From Candidatus Zhuqueibacterota bacterium (GTDB lineage: Bacteria > Zhuqueibacterota > Zhuqueibacteria > Thermofontimicrobiales > Sulfurfontimicrobiaceae), in the NCBI GenBank assembly GCA_016927835.1, contig JAFGMA010000235.1, positions 20,580 to 84,579 on the forward strand: 64,000 nucleotides of DNA, read 5' to 3'. A program made the position numbers and the translations under genes. Below are positions 40,336 through 51,043 of this stretch, piece after piece (the stretch's first letter is position 1; every line of letters starts with the position of its first letter). The notes under the pieces were generated by a model. That model was not told the DNA's origin. It saw only the letters and a program-made list of their open reading frames with translations, and made no database searches.

Positions 40336-41274
40336 ATGAAGCAGAATACCCGCAGGCGCTTCCTGATAGTGATTTTAACGCTTTCCGCATTGATTGTATC
40401 AACCATCATCGGCTTTCGAAAATACCTGAATGCGGATTATCGAGATGTCTTCATCAAAAACAAAGGTCAAATCGTTCGAACAGAACTCAGATTCCGAGCG
40501 GAGGATTCGACTTTCAATAATTATGATTTGACGATAATCGATTCGAACAATCTGACTATCCAATGCATGGTCAGAGTGCCGAAGGATTCGACGCAAAAAT
40601 ACCCGGCGCTGTTGGTAATGAATGGCTTCGATACCGGGCGGCATGTGATCGAATTATTCAATTCGATCGAAAAAGCAGTGCTCATTTCGTTCGATTGGCC
40701 CTATGAGGGAAAGCGCAAATTCAGAGGTGCGGATATAGGTCCGTTTTTGCCTAAAATTCGATCGGCAATCATTCGGGCAGTTTCGGTAGTACTTGAAGTA
40801 ATCGATTACCTTCAAACACGCGCCGATGTCGATCAGGAGAAAATATTTGTCGTTGGCGCCAGCTTTGGGGCGCCATTCGCGGTCGATGCGGCGGCGGTTG
40901 ATGAACGCATAAAGGCGGTTATCTTGCTCTATGGTGGGGGCGATATTTCACTGTTGATCCAGTCCAGTTCCACAAAACAGGTGAAAACCGCCTGGGGGCG
41001 AAAGCTATTGGGAGAGTTTGTAGCAGCGCTGTTGGCGCCGGTTGAACCCATGAAATATGTGGAATACATTTCGCCGCGTCCACTACTGATGATTAACGGA
41101 AAATCGGATCAATCGATTTTTGGGAAAAGCGCGGAGCTGCTTTTCGAAAAGGCAGAAGACCCAAAGGACATGGTGTGGCTCGAAACCAGGCATGTGAAGC
41201 CCAAAATGTCGGATCTGACCGCCACGCTTGAACAGATGATGAAAAAATGGCTGATTGAAAAAGGATTGTTGTAG
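40336..41274 (+). CDS. Alpha/beta hydrolase with N-terminal membrane anchor
   Basis: Nucleophile elbow GASFG, ISPRPLLMING..D, C-terminal His; GGAG RBS before ATG 40336. Confidence 0.82.
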   Translation: MKQNTRRRFLIVILTLSALIVSTIIGFRKYLNADYRDVFIKNKGQIVRTELRFRAEDSTFNNYDLTIIDSNNLTIQCMVRVPKDSTQKYPALLVMNGFDTGRHVIELFNSIEKAVLISFDWPYEGKRKFRGADIGPFLPKIRSAIIRAVSVVLEVIDYLQTRADVDQEKIFVVGASFGAPFAVDAAAVDERIKAVILLYGGGDISLLIQSSSTKQVKTAWGRKLLGEFVAALLAPVEPMKYVEYISPRPLLMINGKSDQSIFGKSAELLFEKAEDPKDMVWLETRHVKPKMSDLTATLEQMMKKWLIEKGLL

Positions 41275-41287
41275 CGAGATGAAATAG

Positions 41288-42565
41288 CTATTCCGGGAAT
41301 AGCGTGCTGTTGCGTTCAGGACCAAGGGAGATGATACTGATTTTTGTCTGAACCAGTTCTTCAATTTCCCGAATATAAGCTTTGGCGTTTTCAGGCAGGT
41401 CATCATAAGATTTAACCAGACCGGTTGGGCGCTGCCACCCTTTATAGCACTTATATTCCGGGTGAACCGCATCGAGCACATTCAAATCGGATGTAAATTC
41501 GGTCAGAAGGTCATTTTTGTAGCGGTAGCCAATGCACACCTTAATTTCCTCAAGCGTATCCAGCACATCGAGCTTGGTGAGTGCAAAAGAATTAATCCCG
41601 TTAATTCGCACCGCATAGCGCGCAAGCACGGCATCGAACCAGCCGCAACGCCTGGGTCTGCCGGTTGTTGCCCCGAATTCCTTACCAAGTTGTCGAATCG
41701 AATCCCCCTGGGCATCGGTTATTTCGGTCGGGAATGGTCCCAATCCCACGCGGGTAAGATACGCCTTCGACACACCGAGTACCGAATCCAGCCGCGCCGG
41801 CGCGATTCCGAGTCCGGTACATGCCCCGCCGCTGGTTGTATTGGAAGACGTTACATACGGATAGGTGCCAAAATCGAGATCCAGCAATGTTCCCTGGGCG
41901 CCTTCGATGAGGATTTTCTTGCCTTCATCAATCGCACGACTGAGTTTCAGGGAAACATCCGCACAGCATTTTCGCAGCTCCGGCAGGATTGCCATAACAT
42001 CAGCTACGCATTGTTGTTTATCCAGCGTAGGACGATGGTAAATATGTTTCAGAATAGCATTATTCTCATCGATATTTCGTTCCAGCTTTGCCTTGAAACG
42101 CTCAGGCGCAAAAATTTCACCCAGGCGGATTCCCGTTCGACTTGCTTTATCGCTGTAAGCCGGTCCGATTCCGCGGCAGGTTGTCCCGATTTTATTGCTT
42201 TCTGAAGCTGCTTCTTTCGCCTGATCGATCAATTTGTGATATGGCAGAACCAGGTGAGTTTGGTGACTTATGAAAATCCGGTTAGTGATATCGATATTTC
42301 GGGAAGTGAGAAAATTTATTTCCTCAAGAAAAGCAAATGGATCGAGCACCACGCCGCTGCCGATGTAGCATTGGGTGTGCGGATGCAAAATTCCGGACGG
42401 GATCAGGTGCAGGACATACTTTTCGCCAATTTCAATTGAATGCCCGGCATTGGCTCCCCCCTGACACCTGGCTACGATATCTGAGTTTGCGCTCAGGAGA
42501 TCGACAATTTTACCTTTTCCTTCGTCTCCCCATTGTGCTCCCACAATAACCTGTACGGGCATCAT
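41288..42565 (-). CDS. purA: Adenylosuccinate synthetase
   Basis: GAQWGDEGKGK, QGGANAGH, EGAQG, GTYPYVTSS, TTGRPRRCGW. Confidence 0.98.
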   Translation of the reverse strand: MMPVQVIVGAQWGDEGKGKIVDLLSANSDIVARCQGGANAGHSIEIGEKYVLHLIPSGILHPHTQCYIGSGVVLDPFAFLEEINFLTSRNIDITNRIFISHQTHLVLPYHKLIDQAKEAASESNKIGTTCRGIGPAYSDKASRTGIRLGEIFAPERFKAKLERNIDENNAILKHIYHRPTLDKQQCVADVMAILPELRKCCADVSLKLSRAIDEGKKILIEGAQGTLLDLDFGTYPYVTSSNTTSGGACTGLGIAPARLDSVLGVSKAYLTRVGLGPFPTEITDAQGDSIRQLGKEFGATTGRPRRCGWFDAVLARYAVRINGINSFALTKLDVLDTLEEIKVCIGYRYKNDLLTEFTSDLNVLDAVHPEYKCYKGWQRPTGLVKSYDDLPENAKAYIREIEELVQTKISIISLGPERNSTLFPE

Positions 42566-42576
42566 TCCCTCGAAAT

Positions 42577-42915
42577 CTATCCGAAGCTGGCAATCGCTTC
42601 ATCGACTGTGTTGTAAGTTTCGAATACTGTAATCAGCTTGGTGATCATCAGCAGGCTTTTGATTCGTTCAGTAAGGCAGGCTAATTTCAAGTTTCCGTTG
42701 ATATTTTTCATTGTTGTCAGACCGCTGATCAGAATACCCAATCCCGAGCTATTCATCCAATTCACTTTTGAGAGATCGGCGACTACTTTGGTTTTGCCAG
42801 CTTCAACCAATTCGTGCAATTTATCATTTAAAATCGCCGCATCCGGTCCACCCATTATTTTTCCGGATAAATATAGCACAACGGCATCATCTATATATTT
42901 TTGCTCAAGTATCAC
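42577..42915 (-). CDS. STAS domain anti-sigma factor antagonist (RsbV/SpoIIAA-like)
   Basis: DLSKVNWMNSSGLG phospho-Ser motif; 112 aa; GGAGG RBS. Confidence 0.9.
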   Translation of the reverse strand: MILEQKYIDDAVVLYLSGKIMGGPDAAILNDKLHELVEAGKTKVVADLSKVNWMNSSGLGILISGLTTMKNINGNLKLACLTERIKSLLMITKLITVFETYNTVDEAIASFG

Positions 42916-43086
42916 TTCTCGAAGCCCTCCATATATCGATTACCAGGCAACAAAGCAGGAATCCAACATAAGCTCTTGCCATTTCGAAAACACCAAAATA
43001 GGACGACGTCTCGATATCAAGATGCCCGCAGTTTGCACGAAAATATCATTTGAAATGGCAGAAAATGGGATACTGCAAAAGCTGCG

Positions 43087-44100
43087 CTACCTGGCTCGTT
43101 GCGGTTTCACCTCACGGTTGGAACGATTTAAGGAACGTTTGCCTTCGCTTTGCAGATGCAGACCAACGACAATCGGGCTTGCTACAAATATCGATGAATA
43201 GGTTCCGACAACGATCCCTGCAATCATCGCAAAGGCAAAATTCCTGATATTTTCACCGCCAAAAAGGAATAGAATCAAAACAACGACAAAGGTGGTAAAT
43301 GAAGTTACAACCGTTCGCGACAATGACTGGTTGATACTTTGATTCACAATGCTAATATAGTTCTGCCCTCGCAGTTTTTTAAGATTCTCACGAATGCGGT
43401 CGAATACGACGATTGTATCATTAAGAGAGTACCCGACGATCGTCAGGAAAGCGGCAACGATCGCTAATGAAATTTCCAAATCCAATAATGAAAAGACACC
43501 GAGTGTAATGACAACATCATGAAATAATGCAACGATTGCGCCCACGGCGAATTTGAATTCGAAACGCCAGCTAATATAAATCAAGATCAGTAAAAGCGAT
43601 AACAAAATCGCCCAGATTGCCTTATCTCTTAACTCGCTGCCGATTTTCGGACCAACCATATCTCTGCCGACGATTTCAAAAGGTTTTGCCATGCCAGCCG
43701 GGTTTGATGTGGTCGTGGCGGGCGTTTTGGACTGGAAGGCTGCTGTCAGCACACTATCAATCGACTGCGATGAAGTTATGCCAGAGCCACTTCCTTTCAT
43801 ATAGAGCAAAATTTCAGTTCCTGCGCCTTCAATTCCAAGGAATTTCTTAATTGTTGCATCTTTAAATTCGGTATTTGATAAAGCTGCTCTAACTTCACTA
43901 ACATCGATATCCGATTTGAAATGCAATTGGAGCGAAACGCCGCCAAGAAAATCAATGCCGTAGCGAGGTCCGCCATGTAAGATGAGTGAAACAATCCCAA
44001 CCAAAAGCAGGACAGATGATATTGCCAGCGCCGTTTTACGCATCTTCATGAAATCTATATTGGTATCGGTGAAAATTTGCATTGTTTGTAGTTCTCCCAC
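43087..44100 (-). CDS. secF: Protein translocase subunit SecF
   Basis: GIDFLGG, VGPKIG, ALFHD, GYSLNDTIVVFDRIREN, GTYSSIFVA. Confidence 0.96.
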   Translation of the reverse strand: MGELQTMQIFTDTNIDFMKMRKTALAISSVLLLVGIVSLILHGGPRYGIDFLGGVSLQLHFKSDIDVSEVRAALSNTEFKDATIKKFLGIEGAGTEILLYMKGSGSGITSSQSIDSVLTAAFQSKTPATTTSNPAGMAKPFEIVGRDMVGPKIGSELRDKAIWAILLSLLLILIYISWRFEFKFAVGAIVALFHDVVITLGVFSLLDLEISLAIVAAFLTIVGYSLNDTIVVFDRIRENLKKLRGQNYISIVNQSINQSLSRTVVTSFTTFVVVLILFLFGGENIRNFAFAMIAGIVVGTYSSIFVASPIVVGLHLQSEGKRSLNRSNREVKPQRAR

Positions 44101-44243
44101 ATATTTGCTAACGTTTTAAATTGCCAGGACCTGCCGTTCCCTGGTACTGTCAAATCGATCCCGCTTCAGGGAAACACCTACCGCAGAATATGCAACTCGT
44201 CCGCAGTTACAGGCTGATTACCGGGGATAATTGAAGCGCGCCA

Positions 44244-46415
44244 TCAGATGCTCAACTGCTTCATTGCCCACCGCGATGTAAAGAAATCGAAAATAATTCG
44301 GGTTACGAAAATAGCTGTAAACATACTCACGATAATGCCAATCATCAATGTAACGGCAAAACCCTGCAACGGTCCGGTACCGAATTGATACAGGATTAAT
44401 GCGGTAAGGAAGGTTGTCACGTTAGCGTCAACAATTGTAATTAGAGCGCGTCCGTAGCCATTATCAATTGACGTTCGCACAGTCTTGCCGGAACGCTGCT
44501 CTTCTCTGATTCTCTCGAAAATGAGAACGTTGGCATCAACCGCCATACCGATAGTCAAGATAATTCCCGCAACACCGGGCAGCGTGAGCGTGAGTTTGAA
44601 ACCCGAAAGAATTGCCAGCAAAAAGATAATATTTAGCAGCAGAGCAAAATCGGCGATAGCACCCGACAGCTTATAATAAAAAATCATAAACACAATCACG
44701 ATAATCAATCCGGTAATAGCTGAGAGAGTGCCCTTTTTCACCGAATCTGAACCCAATGACGGACCTACCGTACGCTCTTCGATGAAATTCATCGGAGCAG
44801 GAAGCGCACCAGCCCGTAGCACGAGCGCCAGGTCTTTGGCTTCCTGAATTGATGACATTCCATCGATAGAGGCTCGTCCGTGAGGAATTTTTTCGCGAAT
44901 AACAGGCGCAGATGCAACCTTCTTATCCAGCACCACAGCCAGGTGACGCCCGATGTTTGCACCGGTAATTTTAGAGAATTCTCTTGCGCCATCGCTGTGA
45001 AGCCGCATCAAAACACTGGCTTCGCCAACGCGCCCCATATCGGAGCCGCTGCTTGTTTCGGTACGGGCATCAGAGATCGCCTCACCTGTAATTTCAAACT
45101 GCTTTTTCACGAAGTAAAGCGGCATGTATTTGATGTCATTGTAAGTTTCGGGATCTTTTCCCCACAGGAATTCCGCATCTTCCGGAATTTCTTCCCTGAT
45201 CTTTGGGGAATTTAACACACGATCCACGGCTTTGATATTTTGGAGCGGAACCAGCCATAAATCGCGCCCGCCCCTGGTGGGTAAAATCCGCATCAATGCG
45301 GTAAACGGATTCTGCTCATAGGTATTTTCATCAACTAGAAGCGATGTGGTATCTTTTCGCGTCGAATCAGTCGCGACCTTTTCGGCTTCTCCAAAAAGAT
45401 CTTCATATTTCACAGTCTTGTCCTTTGATACCTGCTCTTCCAGGTTAACGAGTGAATCCGCAACGGTAGAATCGGTTTCAGCTTTCGCCAATAATGTGTC
45501 TTCAGAGGACGTACGCTCCAGGCGCAGCACCGAATTCAATCGGTCCAATACATATCGTTTGCGTTTATCGGTTTCTTCGAGCTGAAACGCTAGCTGTGCT
45601 GTTGTACCGATGATGTCCTTCGCGCGTTGAATATCCTGCACTCCGGCGAGTTCAATGATGATACGATAATCACCGGTTTTTTGAATCGTTGGTTCGGAAA
45701 TTCCGAATTGGTCGATTCGGTTGACAAGGATTTCCCGGGCGCGGTTTACGGCATCTTTAGCCTGATCTTCAAGGCGAGCGATAATCGCAGCATCATCTTC
45801 TCTTTCATCTTCTCCATAGTAACGATTGAGTAAAATTCCTTCCTTATGGAAACCTTCTCGCAATACATCTAAAAAATTGCGCTTGGATTCATTTGCTGCC
45901 TTCAATGCTGCATCGAAAACCTCGTTGAAGCGGCTGTCCCGATTGTGCGCCAGGTTCCTGGTCAATTCCGCAATGTCGACTTCAGAAACGAGGTAGGTCC
46001 CGCCCTGCAAATCTAATCCACGCTTAATAGCTTTATCATCATTACGTATATAATCTCTATATCTTTCACGCAATTGCAGTGCTAAATCCATAGCTTTCCG
46101 AAGCGTGTCCTGGTTAGTGACTTCCAACTCTACGAACAAACGCGCTTTAACATCGTTCCTTAACTTAGCTTCAATTTCTTCTTTTGTCAGATTCTCATCT
46201 TCCTCGCTCACCGGCGTTGCGCTGGTTTGAATATCACCGCAAAGTATGCTATGAACCTGGTTTACCGGTTTTTGAATCAATTGACTTAGTTCCGCTTCAA
46301 TTTTTTCAACAGATTCTTTTTGCGGACCAGCAACAAAGGTAGGATAGAGTGAATAAATCGCTGCAACTAAAAAGATTGTAACAAGTATTACCTTCCATAG
46401 AAGATTTTTCTGCAT
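44244..46415 (-). CDS. secD: Protein translocase subunit SecD
   Basis: GLDLQGG, RIDQFGISEP, LRAGALPAP, TLPGVAG, GMAVDANVLIFERIRE. Start refined to MQKNLL (GGAGG RBS). Confidence 0.96.
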   Translation of the reverse strand: MQKNLLWKVILVTIFLVAAIYSLYPTFVAGPQKESVEKIEAELSQLIQKPVNQVHSILCGDIQTSATPVSEEDENLTKEEIEAKLRNDVKARLFVELEVTNQDTLRKAMDLALQLRERYRDYIRNDDKAIKRGLDLQGGTYLVSEVDIAELTRNLAHNRDSRFNEVFDAALKAANESKRNFLDVLREGFHKEGILLNRYYGEDEREDDAAIIARLEDQAKDAVNRAREILVNRIDQFGISEPTIQKTGDYRIIIELAGVQDIQRAKDIIGTTAQLAFQLEETDKRKRYVLDRLNSVLRLERTSSEDTLLAKAETDSTVADSLVNLEEQVSKDKTVKYEDLFGEAEKVATDSTRKDTTSLLVDENTYEQNPFTALMRILPTRGGRDLWLVPLQNIKAVDRVLNSPKIREEIPEDAEFLWGKDPETYNDIKYMPLYFVKKQFEITGEAISDARTETSSGSDMGRVGEASVLMRLHSDGAREFSKITGANIGRHLAVVLDKKVASAPVIREKIPHGRASIDGMSSIQEAKDLALVLRAGALPAPMNFIEERTVGPSLGSDSVKKGTLSAITGLIIVIVFMIFYYKLSGAIADFALLLNIIFLLAILSGFKLTLTLPGVAGIILTIGMAVDANVLIFERIREEQRSGKTVRTSIDNGYGRALITIVDANVTTFLTALILYQFGTGPLQGFAVTLMIGIIVSMFTAIFVTRIIFDFFTSRWAMKQLSI

Positions 46416-46465
46416 AGCCTGTAACCCTCCACTAATTATCGAAAGCATAAAAAAATGAAAAGACA

Positions 46466-46494
46466 AATATAGTATATTTTTAATTAAAAGTCAA
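46466..46494 (-). promoter_or_regulatory. Sigma70-type promoter TTGACT-17-TATATT for secD
   Basis: Reverse complement of 46466-46494. Confidence 0.65.
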
Positions 46495-46513
46495 GCAAAA
46501 GCGAAAAACAATT

Positions 46514-46588
46514 GGTAACGCCTCATTTATTGGTTCTTTTCATGGTTTACAATGCCTCTGGTTCCCAAACAGGAGTTTGGGAACCAGT
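46514..46588 (+). repeat. Third copy of the dispersed ~80-bp repeat, with a perfect 13-bp hairpin
   Basis: ggtaacgcctcatttattggttcttttcatggtttacaatgcct + ctggttcccaaac-agga-gtttgggaaccag. Confidence 0.8.
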
Positions 46589-46863
46589 CAAAATCAAGTT
46601 AAATTTGGTGGGAAACCGCAATGGTCCAGCTATAGATTCTTTTTCAATACCTCTCGCGCTGCCAAACCGGGAAAGGAGTTGAGGTTCTGCTGCCTAATCT
46701 GCATCTGGTCATCCCTGGCTGGAATTTTGGAAACACTTCAGGGGAGAATAGAGGAAAATACAAAACCTCAGTTTTGAATGCTTCTCGCAGGACAATAATA
46801 TCAACTGAGGCTTTGTTGGAAAAAGCTTTGCGAATGTTATTCAGCCTATTGGAGAAATAGAAC

Positions 46864-48336
46864 TCAGGCTTCATGCACGGGGAATTGCACTACATCCGGA
46901 TTTGCCTGGTGCTGCTGATACATATTCAGCGTAACCTTCACCTTCTGATCTTCGAACCGGACGTCAATAATACCAAAATTGCGACGGTGATAACGATGAG
47001 TGATAACGGATCGAACCGGCTGTGCGTCTCCTCGTTCAAGGTGGAATTCAAATTCGCTGCTGTATAATGTTAAAAATTTATCGAGAAACGCTGCGGGTAG
47101 ATTTGTGATGGGCGAGGATGTGATTTGATACATTTTTTTGTCATTTTCATCTTTCAACATCGCCACCGTGCCCACATGAACATCACCGCCCAGGATGAAT
47201 ACGGGTCGGTTCGGCTCACCTGACCAGTCGAATAGCAATTTAAAGAGCTTGCGGCGTTCGTTTTTATTGTGATCGGTTGACCATTGATCGCGAATATCAT
47301 TTTTGAATCTGCCCAGGTCTCTGAATTTTCGGCTCAAATGAATCACCGGCACCGAAGTGACAACGAACAGAATTTTGCTTCGCTGAACCAGATCGCTATT
47401 CATCCATTCGGTAATTGCATCCCATTGCTCCTTTCCTGCCAGCGGAAAAACATCATTGCCCGGATTCTCAAGATAAGCCGCATAATTGCGATGCCCCCTG
47501 AGGTCCATCACCAGGAACGCCGCCGGTCCATAGCTGAATCCGTAGTATAATTCACCGGATTTCAGCGGATCCGGATTGTGGCTGTTCTGGAATTCAACAT
47601 AAGCCTGGCGTGCAGCTTTGAAAATATCCTTCTGCCGGGGATCCGTCGTATGCGAAACATCCGATCCCCACCCGTTGGAGATTTCATGATCGTCCCAAAT
47701 CATAAATTGCGGGAACGATTGAAGCACGTCCTGAGCTTCCTGATGCGCCCAACCGTTCAGGTATACCTGCCGGTAATTCCAGAGTATTTTTTGTTGATTC
47801 CCGCCTTTCAGGCTCCACTTCCAGGCGTTGATCGGATACTGATCCGCATATACCTGATCGCCAGCCTGGAGCAGAAAGCGGCAATCGTGTGCGCGCATTT
47901 TCTCGGCAAGCGATTTCCACATAGGGGCAACGTAATTTTGATTTCGCCTGGCGGCAACATAGGTTCGATGGCATGAAACCAATCCAAATGAAAATGAATC
48001 GACAGCGCTGCCGGCTTTCGGAAACGGTATGAAAGAAAATATCCGGGCGCCGACATCTGCACCCGATTGGGTCAAAATTTTGAAAAATACGTTTTTGGCA
48101 CCGGGCTGAAACGACACTTTTGCCAGTGCAAATACTCCCCGAATGCCGCCCGAAATGTGCTCGCTGTCAGAAATTTCCGTAAACGCCACCCGGGATTTTT
48201 CCTCTGTTGCCTGTTTATCAGCAAAAATATGACACACCGGGCTTTGCTCATCAGCGCTTGTATGGCTCCAAAAAATCCAGATTTTCGCATCTTTGTGGGT
48301 TACGGCGCCCACAATGGGTCCTGATATAAGTTTCAT
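46864..48336 (-). CDS. PhoD-like metallophosphatase (no signal peptide)
   Basis: GDQVYAD, WDDHEI, DLR..R, GDVH, ITSSPI motifs. Confidence 0.85.
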   Translation of the reverse strand: MKLISGPIVGAVTHKDAKIWIFWSHTSADEQSPVCHIFADKQATEEKSRVAFTEISDSEHISGGIRGVFALAKVSFQPGAKNVFFKILTQSGADVGARIFSFIPFPKAGSAVDSFSFGLVSCHRTYVAARRNQNYVAPMWKSLAEKMRAHDCRFLLQAGDQVYADQYPINAWKWSLKGGNQQKILWNYRQVYLNGWAHQEAQDVLQSFPQFMIWDDHEISNGWGSDVSHTTDPRQKDIFKAARQAYVEFQNSHNPDPLKSGELYYGFSYGPAAFLVMDLRGHRNYAAYLENPGNDVFPLAGKEQWDAITEWMNSDLVQRSKILFVVTSVPVIHLSRKFRDLGRFKNDIRDQWSTDHNKNERRKLFKLLFDWSGEPNRPVFILGGDVHVGTVAMLKDENDKKMYQITSSPITNLPAAFLDKFLTLYSSEFEFHLERGDAQPVRSVITHRYHRRNFGIIDVRFEDQKVKVTLNMYQQHQANPDVVQFPVHEA

Positions 48337-48407
48337 TCCTCTACCCTCCTTTTAATTGAGCGACTGAATTAATTTGAATAAAGGCTCTCGATTTCAGGAA
48401 TGTAACA

Positions 48408-48436
48408 AATATAAAATAGAACACTGAGGTTGTGAA
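48408..48436 (-). promoter_or_regulatory. Putative promoter TTCACA-17-TATATT for the phoD-like gene
   Basis: Reverse complement of 48408-48436. Confidence 0.45.
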
Positions 48437-48485
48437 CTTATTGCTTTGCAGAACGTGTTAGATAGCTGTACATGATCAGAAAAAA

Positions 48486-51011
48486 CTAGAGCCAATATTG
48501 AGGCATAAGGTAGATCGCCAGAAAAATAAATAGCGCAATCGTCAGAGTCAGGATGATGAAGTAGATGAGAAAATCAACAACAGGCGGTTTGTATTTTATC
48601 GTATTCCTTGCCAATCCCGCAAACGTGCCCAGATAAGCGCCAAGCAAGCCAAAAACCGTAATACTTAGCGGCATAATTTCTTTCGAATGAAAAAGCGCGA
48701 TCAAGGGATTAACCACAGTGCTATGGATAACCAAGTAGATCTGTTTCGCACCGAATTTCCAGCAGGCGCTGCAAAGCAATCCGACCAGCAATCCGACAAT
48801 CAATCCGGCGAGTTTATTATTCAGCATTTCAATCATTTTCTTCGACAAGCCAATCATACCACCAATCAACAAAAAGAAAATAACCAATTCCGTATCGGGA
48901 CGCCAATCCGAGATATATGGTCCATGCAATCGAATTCCAAGCAATAAAAGCACACCGATAGCTGCCCACAAAAGCTGACCTTTGAAAAGCAAACCAATCG
49001 GAAAAGCCGGTCGAACTTCTTCGGTTTCGTCATAGCCGGTCAATGCAAGCTGGGGCGGCAAATCCGATTCTTCGGGTTCTGCCGGCAGCGGCTGAGGGTG
49101 TTGTTTCTTCGTTCTTAAATCGAGGAAAACATCGATATCTTTCCTTCCGGTATCGGTCTCAATTGCGATTTCTCCTTTGTAATACCCTGGCTCCAGACCG
49201 AACGGCAGCAATTCAACACTCACCAGTTGATTTCTCGCACTGAATTTGGTGGGCGTCACTTTCAGCCATTCAACTGATGGCGTCACGGTTCCAGAAAGCT
49301 TGCCGTGGCTGCTGGTTACTTCAATCGAGAAGCCTTTGACCTCGGTTTTCGGATTGTCCATTTGAAAATGAAGGGCAGCGGGCATCACTTTCCATTGGAC
49401 AACCGGTGCTTCCGAGGTGACGGTTATCGGGATAACCTTTGATCCGACATTGGATTCCAGCACCAGGTTGGTTCGTATCTCGCGATATGCCGGCAATTTG
49501 TTGGCGTCGATGGTAAGAGTCACTTGCTGCGAATCGCCCGCAAAGCAAGAAAAAAACCTGTTGCTCAATGAGCAATAGGGATTCGTGAGTTTGATCTCGC
49601 CGGTTAAAAATCCCTGCCCCGAATTGGTAATTCTTAGTGCAATCGATTTTTGAGTACCGCTTCTCAGGGAAAAAAAGTCAATCGTATTATGATTCACCTC
49701 GAGCTTGGGCGGAACGCCGAACGGACTGCTCATGAGGAATTGATTCAGCCCTTCGTCCTGATTTTCGATATATTTGCTGATATTCACTGCACGGTGTGCC
49801 AGCGCGCCTTCCTGGATCGAAAGCAACCACGATTCGAAATCGCCCTGGTAGAGATGCCACACCGCATCCCGCCAATTTTTATAGCATGCCTGAATGAATT
49901 CACGCAAATTCGATGCCCGTTCTCCGGAGCGAAATACAAACGGAGCGTGTTCTGCTGCGCCTAGCGGATGCGTCGGACCACCGCAAGTTTCGCAGGTCAT
50001 TCGGCTGCCGCGGTACAAGCGACCGCATTTCGGACATACTTTCGAGGTGCCAGGCAGTGTTTCGGCGAGTGCATTCTTCAGGTGCGCAATATTTTCGAAG
50101 CGCTCTTCGGGAGACATCGCCATGGCTTTAATGATGACGCCTTCGAGTTGGGATGAAATGTTGGGATTGAGTTCGCGAGGCAGCGGTGTGATGATTTCAT
50201 CAGGTTTTCTATTTCGGGCATCGATAGGCTCGCGACCTGTTAACAGGAAATAAAGAATTGCGCCAAGCGAATAAATATCGGATCGAACATCGGTTATCCC
50301 TTTCCCGGTTTGATATTGTTCCGGCGGCGCATAAAATTGAGAAGCAGCGCGCGCCAGATGACGCGTACAATGGTACGAAGTAATTCGCTTGGCGATTCCG
50401 AAATCGATGAGTGCAGCACTACCATTGCGCCGAATGATGATATTCTCCGGTTTCAGATCGCGATGAATCACTCCTTCCGAATGGACGTATCCCAGGACGT
50501 CACAAACCTGGTCGATAATTTTCAGGATAATACATTCATGCCCGGATTTTGGGGGTGATTGTGCCAATTGTTCCAGGTTTTCGCCTTCGATGAATTCCAT
50601 AATGCTGTAGTGCATTTTTTCGATATTAAAATGCGTATGGAATTTTGGAATCGCCGGGTGCTCCAGTTTCATCAGGAAGGCATCTTCCTCATTGTCACAA
50701 TATTCCCGTGGTATTTCCTTTATCGCATAAATCAGTTCCGGTTCATTGCGATCTTTCGCCTGATACGTGGCGCCATAACCGCCTTTCCCCAGCAGCCCCA
50801 TTATTTCATACGTTCCATGGAGAACATCGCCAGGTTCCATAACCCAACTATATATTTTTTTAACCGTCCCGCTGCCATTAAATTCGGCATGAATCATCAA
50901 TCGTTCGGACAACAGGCAGTCCTTCGTCAGACAGGCATAATGATTGCCTTCGATTGCTCGAAAAGAATTCGTCTGATGACATAAGGGGCAAGTGAACATC
51001 CTGGCAGTCAT
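48486..51011 (-). CDS. Hanks-type Ser/Thr kinase with zinc ribbons, Ig/BACON-like domains and C-terminal TM helices
   Basis: GKGGYG, AIKE, HRDLKPEN, DFG, APPEQ, SDIYSLG; CPLC and CPKC..CETC ribbons; hydrophobic C-terminus. Confidence 0.9.
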   Translation of the reverse strand: MTARMFTCPLCHQTNSFRAIEGNHYACLTKDCLLSERLMIHAEFNGSGTVKKIYSWVMEPGDVLHGTYEIMGLLGKGGYGATYQAKDRNEPELIYAIKEIPREYCDNEEDAFLMKLEHPAIPKFHTHFNIEKMHYSIMEFIEGENLEQLAQSPPKSGHECIILKIIDQVCDVLGYVHSEGVIHRDLKPENIIIRRNGSAALIDFGIAKRITSYHCTRHLARAASQFYAPPEQYQTGKGITDVRSDIYSLGAILYFLLTGREPIDARNRKPDEIITPLPRELNPNISSQLEGVIIKAMAMSPEERFENIAHLKNALAETLPGTSKVCPKCGRLYRGSRMTCETCGGPTHPLGAAEHAPFVFRSGERASNLREFIQACYKNWRDAVWHLYQGDFESWLLSIQEGALAHRAVNISKYIENQDEGLNQFLMSSPFGVPPKLEVNHNTIDFFSLRSGTQKSIALRITNSGQGFLTGEIKLTNPYCSLSNRFFSCFAGDSQQVTLTIDANKLPAYREIRTNLVLESNVGSKVIPITVTSEAPVVQWKVMPAALHFQMDNPKTEVKGFSIEVTSSHGKLSGTVTPSVEWLKVTPTKFSARNQLVSVELLPFGLEPGYYKGEIAIETDTGRKDIDVFLDLRTKKQHPQPLPAEPEESDLPPQLALTGYDETEEVRPAFPIGLLFKGQLLWAAIGVLLLLGIRLHGPYISDWRPDTELVIFFLLIGGMIGLSKKMIEMLNNKLAGLIVGLLVGLLCSACWKFGAKQIYLVIHSTVVNPLIALFHSKEIMPLSITVFGLLGAYLGTFAGLARNTIKYKPPVVDFLIYFIILTLTIALFIFLAIYLMPQYWL

Positions 51012-51043
51012 TTTTACTCCTGATTCCCTGGGAATTGCACGGA

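Noticed and set aside
41462-42205. 247-aa plus-strand ORF
   Set aside because: Antisense to purA.
46644-46874. 76-aa ORF overlapping the phoD stop
   Set aside because: No recognisable domain or RBS; cannot be supported, though not excluded.
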